Shown: positions 39,049-50,794 of the stretch, one piece after another
How positions within the stretch are numbered: the stretch's first letter is position 1
How the letters are laid out: each line of letters starts with the position of its first letter
Assembly (NCBI RefSeq): GCF_030684315.1
Contig: NC_081367.1
Location: forward strand, 31,850,792 to 31,914,791
Origin: Stegostoma tigrinum
Lineage: Eukaryota
Length of the DNA: 64,000 bases
Direction: 5' to 3'
Notes under the pieces: model-generated
Databases searched by the model: none
The model's input: only the letters and a program-made list of their open reading frames with translations
What the model was told of the DNA's origin: nothing
Position numbers and translations under genes: made by a program

Positions 39049-42000
39049 TTTTAGCCTTTTATTCTTCTGACGACTGTTCTTCTACATTATAACCTCTTTT
39101 TAAGTTTGATTTCTTGGTTTATTTTTCCTGAAACTGTGTCCTAAGCTTGCACTGTTTTCTTTAACTGTGACTTTATTATGTGGCAGCTAAAGCATTCAGT
39201 TTTAATAGCTGGACAATATCTATGCCTGTGAGGTTCCACAACGTTGAAAAGGACGTTTGCTGTCTAGTGCCTGTCCTACTCGCTTTATTGATTTTTCATA
39301 TGCATCATTTGTGGTTTTGTGCCTTAGGAATTGAATAGACTCTGCTGATCACCTATGCCAAGGTTGATCTTCTCTTCTTAGAATTGATCTGTGTTCCTTT
39401 AGGACCCGAGTTTAACTCAGCATTTAAATGGCTTACTCTATATAATCAAATCTCTTTTGGACTGTAATAAAACTCTGAATGACATCAGCAACTCTACAGC
39501 AATTCTTACTCACATGAATTCAGACTTGAAGTCAATATAGTCACATTTTTCCACTAACCTGTAGCTATCGCTAATAAAATCTTCTATGGATTCATCTACA
39601 TGCTGAACTCTGATTAAATCTTGCTCTTTCAAAGATTCTATTAGGTCTGCGGTTGACATAATTGCCAAAGGCTTTCAGTACTTTTAAGACAGTCTGATGC
39701 TTCTTCCACCCTTTGGCAGGCTACAACATCAGCTGGGTCCAATAATGTATCCACTTTTACAGTTTATGATTTAGGTCCAATTTGAAACCTATTCTGTACC
39801 TCAGAGCCTCTCTTTCTCCAAGATATCTATTTCTATGTTGGCTGCCTTTGAAGGTACATCTTCCTGGTATTTGTCCGGTGCAATGTCTTCCTAATGCAGT
39901 TGTGTGTTTTGCTTGTTCAAAAGACTTTTGTTTCAGAGTAATTACAATTCTGCTGCTATACTGAAGGGGTTCCTGTATTTTGCATGTAAAATAGACGTTG
40001 TCATTTTCTCTTGTCTAAACTAGAACATACCTGCCTTTTATGACTAAAATGAATTACTTCCACCCTTGATTGGTTAAAATGCATTTCAGGGGTAGAGGAC
40101 TCCTTCCTGCCTTTTCTTGTGACTATACTGTATTAAAACTACTGTTCACAACTATAATAAGTAACATCTATTCTAATAATGGTTTTATTGAATGATTCCT
40201 AACCCCCATAGTTTAGCCAAATGGCTCTTACCTTTACTGTGGATCTTCCGAAGGATCTCCCAACTATTCCAAGACCTGAATAAAGTCTTCCAACCTTTCC
40301 TTTCCTGTTTAAGCCAATTCTGCTTTGGTTTTAATCTACCCTATGTTATCACTTAATTATTGGCATTGCAGTATCCCTGGATTTGCAACCTTCAGTTAAT
40401 ATCATTTCTGTTGCCTTTTCCTGAGATGAAGACTTCATATTTAATAAATTTTTGGAATTGAGTGTGAAGTATTGTGGATAATTTTTTTATTAAGTGGTAA
40501 ATGAAAGGACATTGCATTACTTGGTAATCACCTGCCTTGTGATAATTGCTTACTTACTGAATGCTCTTTCAGGATTTATTACTGTCAGATGGAAGTGCCT
40601 ACTTTGGATATTGTTTGAGTAGTTGGTAACGACCAGCTTTGAAGAAAAGAAGCTTTGTATTTTAACTGTTTTGTTTCCAGCAAAATCCTCGTGGATTCAG
40701 TGTGCTATCTGGAGCTCAGGTCCACCTACTCCCATATGAGAAGCCGGTGAATGTGTTCATTGTTATTTCCTGATTGACTGCAACTGCAAAGGTCCCCAGC
40801 CTAACAAAACATGACCTTTGTTGGCAGATAATTGACTGGTAGCAATATAAAAGCCTGAAACCTCATATTTCTGGCTCTTGAAGGCAAAATATTTTGTGTT
40901 TATGAATTGAATCTCTCCACAGAAAGTGAAAAATCTGTTTCTCACCACCAACCACTCCAAAACAACCCCACCTCAACCTAACCTGATGTGTTATTTGTAT
41001 GTTTGTTTTGGGTTATTTAGAAGTGTAAGCATGTCTGCTTTCATATTGCAACCCATGTATGTTAACTAATTCAATAAGGGAACCTGGGTATTGGATCATT
41101 TTATTTTAAGTCTACTACAGGGAAAACATACGATTGGCTGTACTAAGAACTGGTTAAATCAATTAAATGTATGTTGTGACCAATGGAGTAATGGGATTAG
41201 AGAATGATTGACCACCCACTCCTCTGCCTTGTTCATACCAAAGTGCCTTGTGATGTGTGCTTGCTATGACAGCCATGCTCATTCATGTAATTGTTTTTAC
41301 TTCTCGCTTTGTAGTCTGGATTGCTGCATTTTCTTTAAAGCCTACCCTGACCAGCAGGGATTTTAAACTTTACTGATGGAATCTCTACTGTCTGTTGCCT
41401 CACTGTTGATTCCAATGCAGGACTGCTGTCACCACAGGACCCTCTTCAGATTTATTAATTCTCCTTCTCCGAAAAGTTGTTAATCCTCCTATAGCAGCAC
41501 ATCTTTTACCAGCTGTGAAATACTTTTGCCATTCCCTGGAGTATTCTTCCTTGTTGAGAATTGCTATGAGGATTACTTCTGTAACTTTTGTTGCTGCGGT
41601 CTATGAGCAGGTGACCTTATTTGAGATGAAGATCTCACAGCACTGCCAACTATGTGTTGCATGAACAGTTAAATCAAATCCGAAATACTGCATAGTATGT
41701 TGCATGATGTGGCAGATCACTGCACTGAATGAGCTGCTGCTCATGGTGAATGTTGCTGCTACCATCCTCTTTAGGTGTAAGGAAAGCAGAGGAGATACTG
41801 AGTCATGTGTGGTAGAGAAGAACCACTTCCTGGTCTAGAAGAGTCTTTTGTTTTGACAAATTATGGTTAATTATATGTTAGAGAGACATAGAAGAAGACC
41901 GGATGTTGTGCCTCAATTCTTCGAGATCCAAAGTCATTCTTCCTGTAAGTTCATATGAAATTATCACAATGGGTAGCGTTATTGGTAGTCCTCAGTATTA

Positions 42001-43722
42001 ACCATTACTGTATAAACCAGATATCACTTTATGGTCAATACCTTTAGAGAACAATGGTCAGATTGCAAACGCAAGTTACACAACCATCTGCACTGCCCAT
42101 TTTCTCACCATTAGGGATTTCTGCATCTTTGTAAGAAAACTCAAAGCTTGCTTGCATTTTGATATTGATATCTACACACCACCAATATATAATGCATTCT
42201 CGTGTAAGATTGGAATGTCCGTGGAATTGTTCCTCCTCAACCATGGTTGTTTTTTGAGAAAGTGTGGGAGAAATCTCCTTTTCAAACAGAGGTGGATTTT
42301 CTGTAGCACTTCCAGAAAACATTGTTGTGGCATTCTGGGAACAGCTTTGGAGAACTATGAGACCTAAGTTTTCCGAATTTCAGTTTGAACATATTCATCT
42401 TATGGTTTGCACGCATCAGGTGTGAAGTCCCTAATGGAAATGATTTCTTGTTATTTTGTTTCCGGTGCTTTGGCAATCAGATAATTGAACTGTTATCTGA
42501 GTCATAACACCACTTTCTGGATAATCTTTCTACAAGAATTTTGTCTTGATGCAGTAGTAGTGTCTTTGATAAGCCACTAGGAGGAGCTGAGAGGATGTTT
42601 AGAGGAAGTTCTGCAATTTGAATGCAATTTTGACAATTTTCACAAATTAAAATGACTTTTTTCTTGTGTCAAGCAATCATTTTTCATGGTTTCACTCTGA
42701 TCAGAATAATATGAATTCTCTTCATTAATGATTCATTACAAAGTAGCATGTCAACCTTCACTGATAATTCATAGTGTCATATTTAATGGTACCTGATAAT
42801 GAACGTTCGGGAAAAGAAAGCGACATATGGTAACAATTTAAGAACAAGTGTTTGCCTTTTAACATGAGCAGCGCATGGTGTAATTCATTGAGAAAAAGTT
42901 CTGGGAATGCATTGATCATCCAAAGACAGCATGGGTCATTGGGATGTACTATGTTAATACAGTCTATGCATCATTTATTATATCAAAATATCCGAACACA
43001 TTGTGCACAAGTATTTCATGCATCATAAGCATCGTTAGCAAATGGATAAGTATGATTGAATACCAGTAATGTTCTCCTTTAGTATAACATGGAAAACATA
43101 GCTATCATCAATTGCAGAAAATCAAGCAGTGCAGAATCACAGATACTCTATCAGTCCTCCTTCCACATCATTCGTGGCCCCTGGCACTCAGGACCTACGC
43201 ATAATTTCCAGACACACTTCCACATAAATGCAGCTTTTCAACTGTGGGAGGCAATGCAGAGAAAGATTGCAAACCAAACACAGACACTGTGCAATTTCAC
43301 TTCAAGGTCAAGGTCATCCTAAACTACCAGAAGCAGTATACTGGAGGACATAGAGAGCTGCATCTCCTGAGTTTTATGGGAGGGTTTTCCAAATCTAAGC
43401 TTTGGCTGTAACATGCCATTTGATATCACTGATCATGTTGCCAATGATGATAATGTTCCTGCCATACTCTCTGTCAAATCCAGCAACTCAACACAGTACC
43501 CGCAAGTACAATCTATGAAATGCAAGAAATGGTTATTCAAAATAATCTTACCAGCAGTTATGTCTGTTGTTTATAAGTCACCTTGGTGATGGACCTACCT
43601 TGCAGGTAATGCTTAGTCTTTCGTGAGTGACAAAAGGGTACATTGAGTGGGCCTGCATTGTCCAAGTTTGTAAATTGTGCATCAAATTAGATGGTATGGC
43701 ATTTTGATGTCAAAATTATTCC

Positions 43723-43969
43723 AAGATTCCAAGTCATTTGACACTACTGTAGAATTATCTAGGTGATCAAATTTGCACACAGGACCTGAGGTGCAATCTA
43801 CCCAGAACATTCAATCCATTCATGACTTCTTCTGACTAGTTTTGTTGCCTTAAGGGTGTGCAGTTCACACAATTTACTGGCTAATTTAATTGCATTCTGC
43901 ATTGATTAAGCATGTGGCTTCATTAAACAGAGAATAGTAATGGATATGTTATTGGAATAGTCATCCAGA
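43723..43969 (+). repeat. 247-bp copy of 46055-46301 flanked by a 24-bp direct repeat
   Basis: 7 mismatches counted by eye; ATGGCATTTTGATGTCAAAATTAT at 43696-43719 and 43969-43992. Confidence 0.93.
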
Positions 43970-45550
43970 TGGCATTTTGATGTCAAAATTATATCAATTT
44001 GGATATTTTCAGGCATGCATGGAATGCTCAAATAAGACCTCCTTCCTCACATGGGGGTGGGTCACATGAACCAACCCAAAAGCAGCCAAAGACACCAGAA
44101 CTTTGGTTTCTATAGCACTATCTAATTTTGCAGTTCATGTGTTATATCAAGCAGAATCACTGTGAAACTGCATTATCATCTTTGGGGATGGTGGTCTGGG
44201 ATCCCCAGTTTGGGGAGGTGGCCTGGGGTCTGACCGTACAGTGATGGCATTGCAGGACATGTCATTTTTTGAAGTAAGTTTTAGTGGCTGAGATCATTGA
44301 GTGTGAATTCCAGGACCTGAGGAACAGTGGAGAGAGAGATTCTGCAACAATGGGTAAAGTCCTTGATTCTTAGCTAAATGTTACATGCTTCATCAGAAAT
44401 TGCAATCAGAAATGACTTCTTATGCAGTCTTGTGAGCTCATTGTTTGCTTAATATTTTCCAAATTAAACACCTACTTTGGGTCACAGACAACTTTGCTGC
44501 TTTCAGATTTTGCACTGTTTTGTGGTAAATTTCTTCCCCCAGGAGCCTCATCATTACTAGAAGCAGTTGAGTCAGCTACAAACTGAATTTAGGAATTTAT
44601 TAAGCATCTGAGAAAGCAGGGTTAATTGCCCACTTATCAAATTATTGCGTGTTAGTGTGTTAATAATTCAGAAAAGCCAGTTTGATTGGCCAGGGGCTGC
44701 AATCCTCTAAGCCAGGAGTAAGGGTGAAAAGGCAGGCTGTTGGAAATCTCTATATCAAATTAGTGGTGTACTTTGTACAAAGGAAGAGCCAAGAGGACTG
44801 AGATCAAGCCCTACCTACTCCAGAGGTGGATAATAACAGAACAGTTTTATTAGAAAATACCTCTACCTGAGTTAGCACCTTGAAGTGGCTTCCCCATTTT
44901 AAATTCCGCAGTGGCCTGCTAGTCCCTGCCCTCATATAATGAGGTTCCCCAGCTGCTCATGATAAAATACTAGGGGCCAGCCTATATTGAGTTGACTGGG
45001 AACTGCATCAAGCATTTTAATTTTGATATTGACACAAATTGTGCCATAATATTATTCCAGTTCAGGTTTCAGCAGAACAGAAACACAACTAACTCATTTG
45101 GAACTTGGTTAGATATTATTTTAGGGCCCAAGATATGTTAATGATTTATCTTTTTTTTCAGAGATTGCACATGATCAAATATTTGAGAAGTATGATGGTT
45201 GTCATTTTCTTAATGCTCTGTTTAATGAGAGTGAGGTCATTTGTACACACAACTAGAAAGCTTAACACCCATTTGGAGACCTATTTTGTAATAGACTTGC
45301 AACTGAGTGAGCACTTGCATGCTAGAGTCAGTTTCTCAGGCCTGAACTGAAATTAAACTAATCATTTTATACTCCCTCTTTTTCCATTTCATCAATGACA
45401 ACCAATTAACTCTTACAAGATCCCACGTAATATTTACAAAATCAAATGGTGTTTTCCAACTGACAGATTAAAATGATGAAGTTATGCATTGAGGGGAAAA
45501 AAATTAAGTTTATTTGAAATGCTTAAGAATGAATATTTCATTATTTCCAG

Positions 45551-45662
45551 AGTGTTCTGTTTATTGCCAAACCTGAAGATATTAGATGGAATTCCTAAGT
45601 TGCCAGCTGACTGTGCACCAGTGGACTGTCCTGTAAACTCGAGATCATGCACAATTTCATAA
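45551..45662 (+). CDS. Uncharacterised LRR protein, last exon [36 protein letters not shown]
   Basis: tttccag acceptor in phase 2 completes the LRRcap YRxxVxxxLPxLxxLD across an 8.1-kb intron; TAA at 45660-45662; too short for the ORF track. Confidence 0.88.
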
Positions 45663-45889
45663 CAATTAACGAAGATCTGCCTTTACTAGACATCTAAATT
45701 CTTTATTAATTATGACTAAATAACTGAGAAATAATGAGTGTGAATATTTTTGGATGAAACTTACTTATTAAATATGTCACTTTTTCATTTAACGATTCTA
45801 AAAATGTTTTAACTTGTTTAAAAAATGCTGATGCATTACATTGCTGGTATATAAATATGTTCACAGAATAATACTTTACAGTTATGTGT

Positions 45890-45899
45890 AATAAATAAA
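45890..45899 (+). promoter_or_regulatory. Candidate polyadenylation signal of the LRR gene
   Basis: Overlapping AATAAATAAA about 230 nt after the stop, followed by GT/T-rich sequence. Confidence 0.5.
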
Positions 45900-47702
45900 T
45901 CCAATTTAATTTCAAATATGACTTTGTCCAAAGTTTGTGTTTGAAGAAATAACTGTCACAGATTACAAAATCGTTGCAACCGTTCCAAGCTTCTTAATTC
46001 ATCACACAGAAAGAATCTAAAGTCCCTCCAATTCAGTGTCAAATTGTTTCTCAAAAGATTCCGAGTCATTTGACACTACTGTGGAATTATCTAGGTGATC
46101 AAATTTGCACACAGGACCTGAGGTGCAATCTACCCAGAACATTCAATCCAATCATGACTTCTTCTGACTAGTTTTGTTGCCTTAAGGGTGTGCAGTTCAC
46201 ACGATTTACTGGCTAATTTAATTGCATTCTGCATTGATTAAGCATGTGGGTTTATTAAACAGAGGATAGTAATGGATATGTTATTGGAATAGTCATCCAG
46301 AGGTCTCGACTAACAATGTAATGTCATTTCAAATTCATTTAAGATTTTCAAATTGGGTTGAAATAAATGAAAATTCCAACATTACATTCTTTGGCGAACT
46401 ATGGGTGGGAATAATATAGCACCAGCCTTGACAGCAATTCAAAGTGAATTGTGAAGCCCACTTAACCTTATGGATGTCTTTCAACCTGATTCCAAGCATT
46501 TTTAGAAACATTTATTGGCAGGATGTCTTTATTTTTCATGTAATCATACCAGTATTGCATTAATACACAATTAAATCAGCCCATTTTCTGCCCACATAAA
46601 TTGCCCACATTATTGTGAGTTTTGAACTTCCTCCTCTGATTAATTATTATAAAAGCAATAGAAATTGAGTAATGCTACTTTGCTATTGCATTTAAGACCA
46701 ATACATATTGTTATGATCCCAGCTGATGGTGGCACTTGTCAAGCAGATACAAACATATGAACTAGGAGCTGAAGTGTACCATTTGACCCCTTGAACTGGC
46801 TTCGCCATGCAATAAGATAATGGCCGATCTATTTGTGCTCTGAATTCTGTACTCTTGTTTACCCCAATAATCTTCTCTTGCGTAAAAAGGATCAATCCAT
46901 CCCTGACTCAAGAACATTCAGTGACCCTGCTTTCACTGCATTCTGAGGAAGAAAGTTCCAAAGTTGCACAACTCTGAGAGAAACAAAAATTATCTTCATC
47001 TCTGTCCTAAAAGATCAAATCCTAATTTTAAAAATGTCATCTAGTTCTGGGCTCACCTAGAAAAGGACAGATCCTTTCCACATCACCTTGTCAAGACCAT
47101 GCAAAATTTTATATTATTCAACTAAGTGTATCGCTTTGCTACATTCCAATGGAAACATTAGTTTGCCAAACCTATTGTCATTAGAAAACCTGCTCATTCT
47201 GGGTAGTAATCTCTTCTGAACAGTCTCCAACACATTTATCTCCTTCCTTAAATAAGATGACCTAACTGCACACTGTTTTTGAGTTGTGATCTCACTAATA
47301 CCATGTACAAGTAAAGTATAAAATCCTTATTGTTATGTTCAATTTTCATAATAAAGAATAGCATCCCATTAGTCTTTCTGATAACATGTAATGTCTATGA
47401 ACTAACTTTTTGTGACTCATGCTTCAAAACACCTCGGTCATTCTGCATCACAGATTTCTGCAGTTGTCCTCCATTTATGTAATACAATGTTTTTTCATTC
47501 TTTGTACCAAAGTGAATGCTCCATCTGCCAAGGTTTTGACTACTCATTCAACCTATCTATCTACAAACTCTTCTTAACAAACTTTCCTACCTATTTTTGT
47601 GACTTCTGTATTGTGTGTTGATGAATATTGTAAAATTTGAGGTCCCAGCAGAGATTCCTGCAGAACTCCGCTTGCCACATTCTGACAAATCAGACTAATG
47701 CC

Positions 47703-48688
47703 CCCACCCCTGTCTGCTTTCCGGAGAGACCACTCTCTCCGTGACTCCCTTGTTCGCTCCACACTGCCCTCCAACCCCACCACACCCGGCACCTTCCCCT
47801 GCAACCGCAGGAAATGCTACACTTGTCCCCACACCTCCTCCCTCACCCCCATCCCAGGCCCCAAGATGACATTCCACATTAAGCAGAGGTTCACCTGCAC
47901 ATCTGCCAATGTGGTATACTGCATCCACTGTACCCGGTGCGGCTTTCTCTACACTGGGGAAACCAAGCGGAGGCTTGGGGACCGCTTTGCAGAACACCTC
48001 CGCTCAGTTCGCAACAAACAACTGCACCTCCCAGTCGCAAACCATTTCCACTCCCCCTCCCATTCTCTTGATGACATGTCCATCATGGGCCTCCTGCACT
48101 GCCACAATGATGCCACCCGAAGGTTGCAGGAACAGCAACTCATATTCCGCCTGGGAACCCTGCAGCCATATGGTATCAATGTGGACTTCACCAGTTTCAA
48201 AATCTCCCCTTCCCCCACTGCATCCCTCAACCAGCCCAGTTCATCCCCTCCCCCCACTGCACCACACAACCAGCCCAGCTCTTCCCCCCCACCCACTGCA
48301 TCCCAAAACCAGTCCAACCTGTCTCTGCCTCCCTAACCGGTTCTTCCTCTCACCCATCCCTTCCTCCCACCCCAAGCCGCACCCCCAGCTACCTACTAAC
48401 CTCATCCCACCTCCTTGACCTGTCCGTCTTCCCTGGACTGACCTATCCCCTCCCTACCTCCCCACCTACACCCTCTCCACCTATCTTCTTTACTCTCCAT
48501 CTTCGGTCCGCCTCCCCCTCTCTCCCTATTTATTCCAGTTCCCTCCCCCCATCCCCCTCTCTGATGAAGGGTCTAGGCCCGAAACGTCAGCTTTTGTGCT
48601 CCTGAGATGCTGCTTGGCCTGCTGTGTTCATCCAGCCTCACATTTTATTATCTTGGAATCTCCAGCATCTGCAGTTCCCATTATCTCT
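47703..48688 (+). mobile_element. Penelope-like element (Neptune-type), 5'-truncated: GIY-YIG endonuclease plus 3' pLTR
   Basis: ORF 47698..48336 has the Cys-rich linker CNRRKCYTCPH and NVVYCIHC..CGFLYTGETKRRLGDRFAEH; CTAATGCC repeated at 47695-47702 and 48687-48694 (TSD); inserted into an older minus-strand CR1. Confidence 0.93.
48561..48588 (+). ncRNA. Minimal hammerhead ribozyme motif in the Penelope pLTR (intact core)
   Basis: CTGATGA-A-GGGT(CTAG)GCCC-GAAACGTC: both core boxes, stem II, palindromic ACGT stem III and a GUC cleavage triplet; stem I is short. Confidence 0.8.
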
Positions 48689-50762
48689 AATGCCTTTTCT
48701 CTGTTTCCTGTCAGCCAGCCAATCTTCTATCCATGTTAATATATTACCTGCTACACCATGAACTATTATTTTCTTCAATAACTTCTGATGAACTATCTTA
48801 TCAAATGCCTTTTGGAAATCAAATTCCAGTTAGTCTACTTGATTTCCTTTAGCCACAGCATTTGTTACTCATTCAAAAAAGTCTAATAAATTGGTTAAAC
48901 ACAAATTGCCCTTCACAGAACCATTCTTCCTGATTACCTCGGGTTCTTCTAAATTGTCTTTTAAGGTCCTAGATTGAAATTTGCCTTGATAGATTATAAG
49001 TTGAATTTTTCTTCTTTGTTTACTATGGAGATCTGATACTGAATATAAGTCACAAGAATATGGTAATGCACTTTCAATGAAAGAATATAAGTTTGTTACC
49101 AATAAAAACAATGTTACATGATACAAGAACTATTGGAATAATCTCACAACAAATATCAGAGAAGACATAAATATCCTTGTGTGTACTTAAATGTCAATGA
49201 AGAGCCATTCCAATCTCCACATTAAAGACTGTTTTGTTGGCACAGTTGTAATTGGCCTCCTTTCAGCAAATTCTATGTTTTCACTCGACACTATTTTCTT
49301 CAGTTAATGTCTCACCCAAACAGCCTTAAAACTAGCTGCTGACTTTGTTTATTACTGATTATTGTGGGTTCCTTAAACACATCTTCATCAGCTATAAAGG
49401 ATTTTTTTTAAATTTTCTATCTCACACCTCCACAACCTAATGGTTCTGGACCCTTCCTTTCACAGACTCCTAATCAACTCAAGACTTGTTAGCTTTGACT
49501 GATTAGTGGGTGCAACTAACAGCATCTCTACTATTATTGACCTTTTCTATTTCTGTGAAATTAATTCTGTCCCCACAAGCTCTTTCTAGTTATAAAACAC
49601 ATGCAAGCAAATATCTAGCAGTTAACTCTCCAGATGGCTCGCTAATTATTTATCTTAAATTAAACCATTTCTTCATAATGCTTTTTGAACTCACTGTCCA
49701 AAGTGACTTTATGACCTTTCAAACAACTTCATACAATGGGAGGCTAAATCCATCTTTATCCACAATAACAATAATGTATTATGACTCCTCATCACAATAT
49801 GCCAATAAATTCATGGTGAAACCAATTTTCATTAATATTCCATGACAAATGGCTTTTATCACTGCACAATGAAAAGTGTTAAACATCAAGTATGGATCCA
49901 ATTGTTAACCTTTCATTCCTCCATATTTTTAGTAACATAAGTTGACTTTAAGTCATTTTTCCACTAACCGTATAGAATTTGACCTGTATTGGATTATGTC
50001 TAACATGTTTCTTTGTGGAAAAGACAGTGGTTGAATGCAGAGAGGATTCTGAAACTGCCTATGGCATGCAAAGGAAACTGAATTGAAGTTGACCAAAATT
50101 ATGCAACCCAGAACAACTGTAAATATAATGGGCATTTCTAGAGTTAAGAAAGGTAACATTTAACTTTCATCATTGTACAGAAATATCATTCTGGTGGGTT
50201 AGTCAGCATTATACATCCTGCTGACTTTCCTCTCTATTGAAATCCATGTAAAATGGGCAGTTTATACATTACCGATATCTTACAACCAACCAAAATTTAA
50301 TTTCATCATCTTAGACTCCAATACAATTGGACGGAAATCCAATTGAAGGAATTCAAATATAAAGTGAGCTCAGAGACGGACGTTGAAGGAATTTGGCCAG
50401 GACAGAAAGGTTAGTCATGGGATAGGACTGAGGAGCTGAAGGTGCAAGGACAGGAGGGGAAACATGAAAACATCAGTGAAAAAGATGTAATGACAGTTTG
50501 TCTGTAATTTGTTTTTAAAAATTGAACAAAAGTACTGAACTAGTTAATGCAATTATATTTATAATCAAGATGGGAATATAAATGTATTATGTTGATTAAA
50601 ATTTTCATTCTTACTTTTTTTAATTTACTTGGCCTTCACAGTCTCCGTATTAATTTATAGATTTGAGTGTGATTCTATTGACTATATATACTATATGAAG
50701 CTTGAAGTTAGTTATCAACCAGTGTCCTGAAGCAAAAATATAAGTAACACACTGAGTTTACT

Positions 50763-50789
<27 letters not shown>
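50763..50789. repeat. (CA)n microsatellite
   Basis: Read directly from the sequence. Confidence 0.95.

Positions 50790-50794
<5 letters not shown>

Larger units (their letters stand above)
46745..48930 (-). mobile_element. Decayed CR1, host of the 47.7-kb Penelope-like insertion
   Basis: SGVLQESLLGPQ and KGNLCLTNLLDFFE remnants on either side of the insert. Confidence 0.75.

Noticed and set aside
40580-41240. Possible second decayed solo LTR
   Set aside because: Composition is suggestive but termini and TSD could not be fixed.
48200-48320. CRISPR-like periodic repeats
   Set aside because: Eukaryotic context; tandem units without unique spacers, inside a retroelement ORF.
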